This document shows, piece after piece, positions 51,691-64,000 of a stretch of 64,000 nucleotides of DNA. The stretch's first letter is position 1. Every line of letters starts with the position of its first letter. The position numbers and the translations under genes are program-made. The notes beneath the pieces are model-generated. The model did no database searches and was not told where the DNA came from. It saw only the letters and a list, made by a program, of their open reading frames with translations. Source of the stretch: Azolla caroliniana (Eukaryota > Plantae > Polypodiophyta); NCBI GenBank assembly GCA_043228905.1, contig JBHGNT010000013.1:8370001-8434000 (forward strand), in the 5' to 3' direction.

Positions 51691-53059
51691 CATGAGTTCT
51701 ACACCCTTTTCTCTCTCTTAGTACTAATTCTCCGCTTTTAGTACTAATTCCCTCTCTTTCTTAGTACTGTTCCTAATAGTTTGAACTGATTTCGCCTCAT
51801 CCTCTTACCCCTCCTTCCTGTCATACTAATCCTCTTATCCTCCCTAGTAAAATGGCAACTTTTAGCGCTCAGGAGTACCAATCTGTTTTCTCGGAGCTTC
51901 AGTGCTTAGAGAAGTTTGTAGCACTAGAACAAGAAAATCATAGTCTTTTGGGGGATCTTCAACAAATAGCTTTAGAAAAACAACAAGAACACGGGGAGCT
52001 GACGTTAGTGTACAACAACTTGAAGTGACTATTGTATCACTACAACAACAAGGATCAAGTGCTCAAGGGACTCACAAAGAACCCAAGATCGGACTTCTTA
52101 TGAAATTTGATGGGGCCCGATCACAGTTCAGAGGTTTTCTTAATCAGGTACGCTTAGTGATTCAAATGCATCCTTCTCAATAGCTCACTGATGCATCACA
52201 AATGGGACTAGTTGACACGCTACTTAGTGGCACAACTTTGGCATGGTTCGCCCCCCTCTAAGATAAAAACTCTCCCTTGTTAAATAATTTCGAAGAGTTT
52301 ATTAGTGAGTTTACGCTTGGCTTATGTTGCGGATTTCCGTCTTCTCATGACCGATATTCTCTGGGATGACCAGACATTAATGGAGCAATTTCATTTTGGC
52401 CTATGTATTGATGTCAAGGATTTACTTTTAACTTTCCCCGAAGAGCCAAAGTCATTGACAGAAGCAATCAGTCGCGTGGTGCGATGCGATAACCGCCTTT
52501 TCGAACGACGTTGGGAACGTTAGTTCCAGATGCCAAGTACAAGATCAGAGCCCACCTATGCCTTAGTTGTAGCAAAACCTTTTCCAAGGGAGTCATATAA
52601 TGTCTCTCCAGCAAATACTCCAACTCGGATGGAAATTGACACCACACATCATCGCGGACCATTATCGGAAGAGGAAAAGCAGCAACGCCGAGCAAATTGA
52701 CTATGTCTCTATTACGGTGGACCAAAGCATATTGCGATGAGTTGTTCCCATAGGCCAAGAAGACAGGTAAACCAAATAGTCGCTAGTTCTAATTGTACTA
52801 AACCCGAGGCTATTTTAGTAGGAATATCTGATAATCCTAATAGTACTAGAAGAAGAGTTAAATGATTAAGCCCAACCAAAATAGGAGCCGTTTGGTTGGA
52901 CAACCCTAGATCTGTGTAGCCCATTAGTGGTTCCATTTCCTCTAAGCAAGCTAGCAATGTGTTCTTAGCAAGTAATGGTTAGTACTAAAAATATTCCTCC
53001 AGTACATGTCTTAGCACTCTTAGATTCTGGAGCCAACTCTTGCTTTATGGATAGGAATT

Positions 53060-56000
53060 TGTTAGGAAACAGGTCCCTCCTGATGGGAAGTGAGAAGAAC
53101 TGGATGACGAGTACCCGGCAACGGAAGACTCAGTGAGAACCGGATGTGGAATACCCAGCAACGGAAGACCCGGTGAGAACTGGATGTGGAGTACCTGGCA
53201 ATGGAAGACCCAGTGAGAACCGGATGACGAGTACCCGACAAGGAAGAGCCGGTGAGAACCGGATGTTGCAGGCCCGGTGAGAACCTCTCATCGGATGGAA
53301 GGCACATATATGTAAATATGTTCTAGAGAGCCCACTGAAGCTATATTTGTAAATAGCCCGAAAGTCATATTAGTATAAATATGACCTAGGGCAAACTTGA
53401 TAGAGATGATGTAGAGTTGGTTGTGCTATTATCGTTGTGGCGATAATTCAGAGCGCAACTGTGTACAGAGAAGAGAGAGAGAGAGGAAGAGGTTGTTGCC
53501 TTTGTTGTAACCGCCTGGTGGCGAAGCGAAGGAGCAAGAGGTCGTGGCTATTGTGCCCCATTGTTGTAATCTTGATATAGTGAAATTTTGCAGTCTGAGG
53601 GCCGCCGTGGTTTTTTCCCAGATTTGGGTTTTTTCCACGTTAACATCCAGTGCACTCTCTTCTTTACTGTTTCGTGTGTAGATACATCTCACCACATCCC
53701 AGTTTTCTGTGATTGATCCGATGTCTCAGTTGTGGCCGAGCATAGCTTAGGAAACCGTATTCCTATCACTATTAGTATCAGAGCGAAACGACACAGAAAA
53801 ATGGATGATTCGTTGGGAGCCATGTTCAAGATCACCGGCTCCAACTATTCAGTGTGGAAGTCGAAGATGAGGGACATGCTCGTGGTTAAAGATCTTTGGT
53901 TGCCGGTTAAGTTCGGGGACAAGAGACCGGACAAAATCAATGCCACGATATGGGAGGTGATGCACATGAAGACAACGGCGTACATACGGTGCTTCATCGA
54001 CATGAGTCTATAAAACAACTTCAATGAAGAGAGCAAGGCTCATGAGCTCTGGGAGAAGATCGACATTATGTTTCAGAACAAAAATGTTGTTAATTAGGTT
54101 TCGGTATTTCGGAAGCTAGCAAGACTCCGGTACCAAGATGGCTCCAGCATGGCGGAGCACATGAATGCCTTCCAGGGGCTAATACACCAGGGAACATCAT
54201 TGGAAGTACTTCTCGCCGATGAGATACTAGCACTACTCCTGCTCGGTTCCCTCCCAGACAGCTGGGAGACGTTGGTTGTCACTTTGGGCAACGCCGGGCC
54301 GGAAGGGAAACGGTTATCCCTAGCAAGAGTGAAGTCGAGCTTGCTAGATGAAGAGGCACGTCGAAAAGACAAGGATACGAACTCTGACTCCAAAGCGCTC
54401 ATTACCGAATCGGAACGCGGAAGACAAAGGAACCGTTGTCCCCAGAACCGGGAGAAGTCGGGGACACGGTCAAAGTCAAGGGGGAGGCCTACCTGCTTTT
54501 ATTCCGGCAAGCCGGGACACTTCCAGAAGAATTGTCGGCACTTTCGAAAAGACAAGGAAACCGATGGTACCGATTCGAAGCGGACACCGGATCGGAATGG
54601 TAAATACCGGAAGGGAACGACGGCAATCGCGGCAAGTGAAGAAGAGTTGATGCTCATCACCGAGGAGAGTAAGTTGAACCTTGCTGGCGACGAGACAACG
54701 TGGGTTGTTGATTCCGGAGTGTCGTTCCACCTTACCCCGGACTGTAAATACTTCTCATCCTACACAGCCGGTGATCACGGTTGTGTCCGGATGGGGAATG
54801 AAGGTACATGCCGAATTGTCGGCATAGGAGACGTGTGGTTGACAACACCAACCAGATGCAAGTTGCTGCTGAAGGATGTCCGACACGTTCCAGAGGTTCG
54901 ACTGAACCTGATATCAGCCGGTCGGCTAGATGATGAAGGCTACATGGGTAGCATCCGGAACGATGTAATGAAATTCAGCAAACCGAGCCTGATAGTGGCT
55001 CAGACTTGGAAGGTTAACACGTTGTACCTGATGAATGCCCGGTTATGCCTAGAAGAAGTGAACGTGGCTTCCGACATTGCCGGTGAGCTGTGGCACAAGA
55101 GATTGTGTCACATGAGCGTGAAGGGGATGAAGAGGCTTGCCAATGACAACCTAATTCCGGTGAAGAACGTGCACTTGGAGAAGTGCACTGATTGTCTGGC
55201 CGGTAAGCAAAACCGGACGTCCTTCCGATCAAGGCCACCGATGAGATGTAGCGCACCACTGGAGTTGGTGCATACTGATGTGTGTCAAGTGGACACGAAG
55301 TCACATGCTGGATCGCAGTACTTCGTGACGTTCATAGATGACCACAGTCGGAAGCTGTGGGCCACACCGTTGAAGACAAAGGATCAGGTGTTATCCGTCT
55401 TCAAGGAGCTCCATGCAAGAGAGGAAAGAGAAACCGGACAGAAGCTGAAGGCGGTTCGAGCAGATAACGGAGGAGAATACCAGGGGCAGTTCGAGGAGTA
55501 TTGCCGCTCGAAGGGAATCCGGCTCAAATTTACCGTGCTGAAGACGCCGGAACTAAACGGGCTAGCCGAGAGGATGAACTGGACCATAATGGAGAGGATC
55601 CGAAGTATGCTAGCACATGCTAAATTACCCAAGACGTTTTGGGCTGAGGCATTGTCGATAGCAACGTATGTGATAAACAGATTACCCTCAGTGCCCTTGG
55701 ATGGAGACACACCGCAAAAGGTGTGGACCGGTAAGGAAGTGTCCTACCGGCATTTGAAGGTGTTTGGGTGTCTCACGTACGTGCATGTTGCTAAGGACCG
55801 GAGAGGAAAGTTGGATACAAAGACCCGGCCATGCATATTCCTCGGATATGGCAATGATGAGTTCGGCTACCGAGTGTGGGATCCGGTTGACAAGACGGTT
55901 TTCCGGAGCCGAGATATTATCTTCATGGAGGACAAGACTCTTGCCGACTGGGAGTCGGAGAAGAATATAATGAACTTCGATGAGATTCGGGCCCACCCAG

Positions 56001-58390
56001 CTAAGAGCCGGTTAACACTCGAGGAACCAGCCGATTACAGTGTGGATACCGAACCGGCAGAAGAAGAAGTAGAGGAAGCTGAAACCGGAACCGGCCAAGA
56101 CCCCGAATCGGATTCGGATGAAGAACAAATAGAGGAGCCGGTTGCCGAAAGCCAAAGACAGAGATATCCTCTCAGAGAGAGAAGGCCCCCCCGGAGATTT
56201 GCGGATGCAGAGCATGTGCTGCTGACCGATGAGGGGGAGCCGAAAAGCTTCGAGGAAGCTAAAAGTGATGCCCATAGCCGCAAATGGTTAAGTACCATGC
56301 AGGACGAGATGGATTCCTTGCATGAGAACCACACATATGAATTGGTGGAGTTGCTGAAAGGAAAGAGGGCACTCTGAAACAAGTGGGTGTACAAGTTGAA
56401 ACCGGGAGATGCCGACAACCCTCCAAGGTACAAAGCCAGGATGGTGGTGAAGGGGTTCTAGCAGAAGAAGGGCGTGGACTTCGACGAGATATTTGCCCTG
56501 GCAGTAAAGATGACGTCTATCCGGACGGTGCTGAGTATAGCGTCAAGTATGGACCTCGAGGCAGAGCAGCTATATGTGAAGACGACATTCCTTCACGGTG
56601 ACCTCGAAGAGGAGATCTACATGCAGCAACCGGAAGGATTCGTGGAGAAAAGGAAGGAGCACCTGGTTTGCCGGACTGAAGCAGGCTCCCCGACAATGGT
56701 ACCGGAAGTTCGACTCCTTCATTACCGACCAAGGGTATCACAAAACGCAAACCGATCACTGCGTGTTTGTGAAGAAGTTCGAAGGAGGCGACTTCCTGAT
56801 ACTCCTTCTGTATGTGGACGACATGTTGATCGTCGAACGGGACCAAGCCAAAATACGGATGCTGAAAAAAGGCTCTCAACCGAACTTTCTCAATGGAAGA
56901 CTTAGGCCGGCAAGACAAATACTGGGATGCACATCATCCGGAACCGGTCAAAGAAGCAATTGTGGTTGTCATAGGAGAAATACGTGACAGAGGTGCTTCA
57001 GCGGTTCAACATGTTAGAAGTGAAACCGGTTGGATCGACACTCCCGGCAAACTGCAGATTATCCGGTAAGCAAAGCCTGAAGACGAAAGCAGAGAAGGCG
57101 GATATGGTGAAGGTTCCATATGCCTCTACCGTCGGGAGCTTGATGTACGCAATGGTGTGTACTCGGTCGGATATTGGATACGCAGTCAGAGTGGTGAGCC
57201 AGTTTATGAGCAATCCCAGCAAGGAGCACTAGAACGCGATCAAATGGATACTCCGGTACTTGAAGGGCACTTCGAATATGTGTCTCCGATTCGGCTCTGG
57301 TAAACCTCAACTTGACGGTTTTACCGATTCAGATATGTCGGCTGATGTGGATACCAGCCGGTCTACATCCAGGTATGTAATGACATATGCAGGGGGAGCT
57401 GTTTCGTGGCAGCCAAGGCTGCAGAAGACGGTTGCGTTGTCAACAACGGAGGCGGAGTACATGGCGGCTGTTGAAGCCGGCAAGGAAATATTATGGATGA
57501 AGGAATTCATCGGAGAGCTCGGTATTTGACAAGATGAATACCCGCTCTATTGCGACAGTCAAAGTGCCATCCACCTTGCTAAGAACGCAGCGTACCATTC
57601 CAGGACGAAGCACATCACACGTACTAGGTATCACTGGATCTCGGAGCGAGTAGAAGATCGAGAGTTCGCGCTGACAAAGATCCACACGGCTGAGAATGGG
57701 TCAGATATGCTGACCAATGTACTGATACCCGACAAGCTGGATGCATGTCGGAAGCGAATCGGACTAGCAAGACATCCCATGCCCGAGTGAAGCGGGAGTT
57801 TGTTAGAAAATAGGTCCCTCCAGATGGGAAGTGAGAAGAACCAGATGACGAGTACCGGACAATGGAAGACCCGGTGAGAACCGGATGTTGCAGGCCCGGT
57901 AGGAACCTCTCATCGGATGGAACGGACATATATGTAAATATGTTCTGCAGAGCCCACTGAAGCTATATTTGTAAATAGGTCGAAAGTCATATTAGTATAA
58001 ATATGACCTAGGGCAAACTTGATAGAGATGATGTAGAGTTGGTTGTGCTATTATCGTTGTGACGATAATTCAGAGCGCAACTGTGTACAGAGAAGAGAGA
58101 GAGAGAGAAAGAGGTTGTTGCCTCTGTTGTAACCGCCTTGTGGCGAAGCGAGGGAGCAAGAGGTCATTGCCTCTGTGCCCCATTGTTGTAATCTTGATAT
58201 TGTGATATTTTGCAGTCAGAGGGCTGTCGTGGTTTTTTCCCAGATTTGGGTTTTTTCCACGTTAACATCCAGTGCACTCTCTTCTTTACTGTTTCGTGTG
58301 TAGATACATCTCACCACATCCCAGTTTTCTGTGATTGATCCGACGTCTCGGTTGTGGCCGAGCATAGCTTAAGAAACCGTATTCCTATCA
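53060..58390 (+). mobile_element. Tnt1/Tork-like Copia element E, LTRs 53060-53768 and 57801-58390, TSD GAATT
   Basis: GAATT at 53055-53059 and 58391-58395. PBS T(A)GTATCAGAGC at 53773-53784; PPT GAAGCGGGAG. Gag-PR-INT ORF 54149-56377 and a disrupted RT-RH to 57790. Confidence 0.95.
53097..53265. repeat. 40-bp tandem repeat, 4 copies in the Copia E 5' LTR versus 1 copy in its 3' LTR
   Basis: GAAC(C/T)GGATG..GGAAGA..GTGA units account for the 709 vs 590 bp LTR length difference. Confidence 0.88.
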
Positions 58391-61300
58391 GAATTTTGCC
58401 CAAGCTCATCAGATATCCCTAAGAAAACTTTCTTACACAACATCTGTAGTTGTTATTGATGATCCTCCCATTGCTTCCTGAAGAATCGTAAAAGAGTTAG
58501 AGGCAATTTAGGTTGTCCTAGATAACTTGGTGTGTGTAGTATTATTTAATATAATTAGTAGTCCAGACCATCCAGTTGTGTTGGGGTTACCACGGTTCGA
58601 ATTACATAACCCAAACATAGTTTAGAGAACAAGAGAAATCCAGGGATCTACTCATAGGATTGCAACCATTTGGCTACATCAATTGCGTGAGGAAGGACAC
58701 AAGGAAGCAATGTTTGTCTTCATAATATCAGTAAAATCTTCTGAAACAACTAAAAAGGAATCCACAGTTCAACTTCCAGAGAAGTATCATCATTATGCGA
58801 ATGTGTTCGATAAGGTACAACCAAATACGCTTCCTCACCACCGACCGTATGGTTGCCCCATTGATTTACAACCGGGAAAAGAGCCACCATGGGGCCTGAT
58901 CTTCAACTTGTCACCAACCGAGCTTGAAGTCTTTCGAGCCTATATAGAGGAGAATTTGGCAAACGGTTTTATTCAACATTTGAAATCTCCGGCTAGCGCA
59001 CCCATTTTCTTTGTCAAGAAAAAGGATGGATCAGTTCGTCTCGTTGTAGATTACCGCGGCTTAAATAAGCTCAACATCAAAAATAGGTATCCACTCCCTC
59101 TTATCTCAAGTCTTTAAGAACGGATCAATGGTTCAAGGTTCTTCACAAAGATCGACTTACGAGGAGCATATAACCTTGTATAGCTCCGACCAAGAGATCA
59201 ATGGAAGACTGCGTTTCGCACTAGATATGGGCACTTCGAGTATACGGACGGTCATGCCATTCAGTCTCATTAATGCACCAGAAGTTTTCCAACACATGGA
59301 AAATGATATATTCTGAGATCTCTTGGATGTTTGTTTGATCATCTATTTGGATGATCTACTGGTTTATTCGAAGACCCAAGAAGAGCATGATTCTTATGTA
59401 ATGTTAGTACTAAAACGGCTTCGAGAACATGGTCTTTATGCAAAACTCGAAAAATGTAGTTTCGAGTGTAACCAAGTGGAATTTTTGGGTTATGTCATCT
59501 CCTCGAAAGGCATGTCTATGGATCCAGCTACGGTTAAAACTGTGATAGACTGGCCAACTCCACGTTCGTTGTGAGATGTGTAATGCTTTTAAGCTTTGCC
59601 AATTTTTACCGCAAGTTTGTATAGAATTACTCTAAGATTATTTTGCCTCTCACACAACTTACAAGGAAGGCGCAGTCGTTTGTTTGTTCTAAAGAAGCGG
59701 ACATGGCTTTTGAGAGTCTTAAGAATGCATTGACATCAGCTCCTATTCTAGCTCATGTTGATCCGGCAAAACCTTTCATCATTGAGGCAGACGCGTTGGA
59801 TTTCGCCTTGGGTATCATTCTTTCACAACAAGGCGACGATGAAAAGCTACATCCTGTGGCTTTCCACTCATGCAAGTTTGACGCCACCGAAATCAACTAT
59901 AAAATTCATGATAAAGAGCTATTAGCAATAGTGGACTGTTTACGCAATGGAGGCATTTTCTAGAGGGAGCTTCTCATCAAGTCACTGTATTCAGTGATGA
60001 CAAAAATCTTGCTTACTTCTAGAATGCTCATGTATTAAATCGACATCAAGATCGGTGGGCCCAATTGCTCACTCATTTCAACTTCAAAATTACATATCAT
60101 CCTAGGAAGAAGCAAGGGAAGGTAGATGCGTTATCGCGACACTCATATCTAGCACCATGTCCCAGTGAGCCAACATTTGATAACCAAAAGCAAGTAATCC
60201 TAGGACCATCATGACTGCAAGCAACACAGGTTTTCGATATGCCATTGGATTCCCGCATTATCAATACCATACATGAGAACTTGAAGTGAGATGCTTTCGG
60301 TCAACCATTCTAGCACAAATTCATCCCTCTTGAGCATCTTGTTCACATTCGTCACAACCAGGTACAGATTATCGACAATTCGAATGTCATGATGGATTAC
60401 TATTCTTTAAGAAGCTCGTGTATGTTCTTAATGGTTCTTGTCACCTTCGAGTAATCCGAAATTTTCATGACACATATACAGCTGAGCATTTTGGTAGTAC
60501 TAAAACTTTAGATTTAGTACAACGATCATTCTGGTGGCCCCATATGCGACAATTTGTCTAAGATTATGTTTGGACATGTGATACATGTCATAGAGCGGCC
60601 AAGACATCATCCATATGGTTTATTGGAACCATTAGCAATTCCAAGCAAGCCATGGCAATCCATTGCTCTAGATTTCATCACAGATCTTCTAGTTTCTAAG
60701 GGATTCGATGTGACCTTAACAGTAGTATATCGATATACAAAGATGGCCCATTTCCTGGCATGTACTAAGGAAATCACTAGTGAAGAAACCACTGAAATTG
60801 TCATGCGTGAGGTATGTCGACATCATGGCCTCCCCGATAGTATCATCAACGACTATGGACACCCAGTTTGTCTCGAAATTCTGGAAACACCTCTTCAAAA
60901 TGCTCAAGGTCACTTGTCACTTGTAACCTCTCCTCGGGCTACCACCCGCAAATAGACAGCCAATCAGAACGAACAAATCAAACGCTGGAGTAGTATCTTC
61001 GGTGTTTTCTAAGCTATCATCAAGATGACTGGGCAGATATTCTCCACTTCGCCGAAATCGCGTATAATAACTCTGTCCACTCATCAACAAAGCTCACACC
61101 ATTTTATGTTTACACAGGCTATCACCCCCGGTGGTGTGTATTCGAAACTCCGGAGTTATCCACAAGTCCTTGTGTAGAGGATCGTTTGGAGCGGTTATGC
61201 AAGATACAAGCAAATTTATCTACTCATTTACAACAAGCTCAACAAACACACAAGGATTATGCGGATCGTCATTGGCTTCCATCCTATTTTAACATTGGAG

Positions 61301-61775
61301 ATCGGGTATGGCTATTACGACGATACATCAAGACTACTCGCCCATGCGATAAATTGGATTATCGGCGATTGAGTCCTTTCCGTATTATCGGAAAAATTAA
61401 TGATGTTGCTTTTCATCTCGATCTACCTCAATAACAACGGATAGATCCGATATTTCATAGTTCTCTTCTAGAACCCTATCAGGATAGAACTATCCCAAGT
61501 CGTATCAACCCACCTCCACCGCCGATCGAACTTGAAGATGGACCTGAGTACGAGGTTGCCGCCATCCTCGATTCTAAGATTGTTCACAACAAGCTCTACT
61601 ATTTGGTCGATTGGCTAGGATATAAGCCCTAGAGAGCGTACTTGGGAACCAATAGAGAATGTGACCAATGCTCATGCTCTTCTTGAAGACTTCCATCGTT
61701 AATATCCAGACAAACCGGTTCCTCAATCTAAAATGACTCGTAACACTCGTCGTTTTAAAGGGGGGATAGTGTCAT

Positions 61776-61840
61776 GATATGGCAAGATTCAAACCCATGA
61801 CCTTATGTTACATGGGTCAAGTCCTTGCCATTAGACTATA
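61776..61840 (-). promoter_or_regulatory. tRNA-like A/B-box module at the U3 end of the Tcn1-like LTR (also 51361-51424)
   Basis: The minus strand reads TAGTCTAATGGCAAGG..GGTTTGAATC, with the B box starting 43 nt after the A-box start as in tRNA genes. Confidence 0.55.
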
Positions 61841-64000
61841 TATTGTAATACGAAGGATATTTTTTTCATTTATTATTTCACTATAGAAAATTTATGCATA
61901 TTTCTAGATTTCTTTGGAACATTCTAGAAACTTCAGGAGTACTCCTAAAAACACTATAAAAGGAGGCACAAGGCATTATTTTGAACCAAATCTGTTGAAT
62001 GCCAGTCTTAAGTCTCATAGTTATTCTTGTACTTATTCTTCATATAATATAATATATCTTTTGCTATCATCATTAGAGCTCTCTCTCTCTCCTTCTCTCA
62101 TGAGTTCTACACCCTTTTCTCTCTCTTAGTACTAATTCGCATCTTTTAGTACTAATTCCCTCTCTCTTAGTACTATTCCTGACAATGAGTGGTTCAGATC
62201 CTTTGATCGTCTCTATTCGATAATCGGCATTTGTTAAGCCACTTGTGTTAGGAGTCTTGTTGGTTGATCCGGCCCCATGTTGGGATTTTAGCGGTGTCGT
62301 GACGTTCTCCCTTGGGTACTCTGTCGACTCGGATCTATTTTTCCCTTGAATCGTATCTGGTGTTTCAGTCGGTTGGACTTTGTCTCTTTTGACTTTGTCA
62401 TTTCTGACTCTGGACAATTTGACTTTGTCTTCGAGTTCGACTCGTGGACCTCCTACCGATTCGACGTCGGCAGGTATGTTGTCAACTTGCTCAAGTTCAG
62501 GTTTACGTCGAATCTCCAATTCAGCTAGCTGGGAAGGTCCTTCTACGACATCTCTGTCGGCTTCCAAGGATACCTTTTTACCAACTACTTTCTTCTACTT
62601 TTTACCGACATCTCTTGATTGAAGAATACGTCATTCCTCCACATCAGTTTCCACTTCGCAAGGGTAGTTTGTAGCAGAAGTCCCCATCGGTTCCATAACC
62701 GAGAAATATGCACTTCGTCTCATGGGGCGCCAACTTACTTCTTTTCTCCTTGAGGATAGAAGCATAGGCTTCGCATCCGAATATACTGAGCCTATCGTAG
62801 GTCGGCTTTTTGCCTGACCATGGTGCCTAGGGCACCTTGAGCCTTATGGCTCTCAACAACGACAGATTTATCAGGTATACTATCGTCTGCAATGCCTCGA
62901 CCCTGAACTCCAGCTTTACTCCGACTTGCTAGAGCATTGCCATCACCCTCTCTTGGATCGTTTAGTTGATCCGTTCTGCCACTCCATTCTGCATGGGTGT
63001 GTAAGGAACGATCCTTTGATGTTGGATCCCTTTGTCGAACAAGTACTATTTGAAGGCCGTGGAGGTATATTCTCCTCCATTGTCAGAACGAAGTTTCTTC
63101 ACTCTATGTCCCGACCAGTTCTCCACCTAAGATGTCCATCAAGTGAAGACCTTGAGCACTTCATCTTTAGACCTAATCGAGTAGGCCCAGACCTTCCGTG
63201 TACAATCATCTACAAATGTGATGAAGTATCGGGAATGTCCTAATGATTGTTCTAGCATGGGCCCACATATATCTGTGTGCATGAGCTCTAGGGGTTGTCG
63301 TACCATCTCGTAGTGGAGAGAGTGAGGACTTCGGTTCTGTTTCCCGTATTGACAATGCTCGCAAAAGTTCGTCTTTGCTTGAAGTTTCAGGATGTAACCC
63401 ACCACCATTAGTCGATCGAGTCTAGCTTGAGACATATGGTCGAGTTGTCCATGCCATTGGTTTGGGTCGGTCTTTTCGACTACGTTCAGAGCCCCTTCTG
63501 GATTGATCGCCATTAATGGGTACAAGTTATTGTACTTTTGTCTGCTTCCAATTTTCAGATTTCCACGGCTTATCATTCATATTGACTCACTGATCCGTCT
63601 TTGGCTAACATGCTGATGGAGACCAAACTCCTTTTCAGAATAGATATGTGCCAAACTTGGTGCAAGGTGATCATGTTGCCATTAGGCAATCAGATGGGAA
63701 CCTCTCCAGTCCCTGTGATTCTTCACTCCTGCCCATTGCCTCATTGGATTGTACCCTGAACACTATTGTTTCTTTTGCCATGTTGAAGTAGATGTTTTGG
63801 GCCAGATGCATTCTAATGGTGGAGTGTGCAATTTCGTCTGCAGATCTCCACTCTTCGGTTCTCATCGAGGCATGTTTTTCATTGTGTCGAATCGCTTTGA
63901 CTTATCATCTCCTTCCATAGGGAAAAGTTTTTGTTGTCGAATTTTCTGATTTCAACTCCTGTTCCGGATGTTGAAGCCATGTATGTTCTTCTTCGAAAGT

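Larger units (their letters stand above)
51355..62184 (+). mobile_element. Old full-length Tcn1-like chromovirus Gypsy element, LTRs 51355-51778 and 61770-62184, TSD ATGAG
   Basis: ATGAG at 51350-51354 and 62185-62189. Gag ~51851-52780, protease LLDSGA split by Copia E, RT YLDDLL (59323-59574), RNase H, integrase and chromodomain EYEVAAILDSK..YYLVDW (~61545-61700). PPT AAAGGGGGG at 61757-61765. Confidence 0.92.
49217..64000 (-). mobile_element. Old Copia element D, host of the Tcn1-like insertion: gag/INT 62190-64000, RT 49640-51354, probable 3' LTR remnant 49217-~49620
   Basis: Integrase HTDICGP..YFITFVDD (63139-63576), RT AMKSEMDS and YVDDML, gag STIRMHLA. The sequence is continuous across the ATGAG TSD. 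Confidence 0.75.

Noticed and set aside
62073-62567. 164-aa ORF as a possible extra or env-like gene
   Set aside because: It is the low-complexity INT-RT linker of Copia D running into the adjacent LTR.

Overview
Eukaryotic plant nuclear DNA, probably from a non-seed land plant (inference from Tcn1-like chromoviruses and Trp-primed non-chromoviral Gypsy elements). About 85-90% of the window is a nest of LTR retrotransposons around one host gene, a 4-exon pectin methylesterase-family gene (21676-23335) whose first catalytic Asp is replaced by Gly. The elements are: Tnt1/Tork-like Copia copies (one near-intact at 14383-19768 with TSD TACCC, one at 53060-58390 with TSD GAATT, plus fragments); three related tRNA-Trp-primed Gypsy elements (7109-14080, 32572-40620, 40739-46131); chromodomain-bearing Gypsy elements (51355-62184 with TSD ATGAG, plus rearranged pieces at 25890-32571 and 27088-30099); and a LINE fragment. 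Main unexplained signals: (1) antisense tRNA-like A/B-box modules in the U3 of LTRs from several unrelated Gypsy families; (2) in the Trp-primed family, a -1 frameshift cassette (GGAUUUU plus covarying stem/pseudoknot) after the protease, a 4-bp CG-centred target site and strong CWG depletion; (3) a 120-bp filler identical to sequence 23 kb away, plus several duplications and an inversion. All coordinates, alignments and counts were made by eye and may be off by a few bases.
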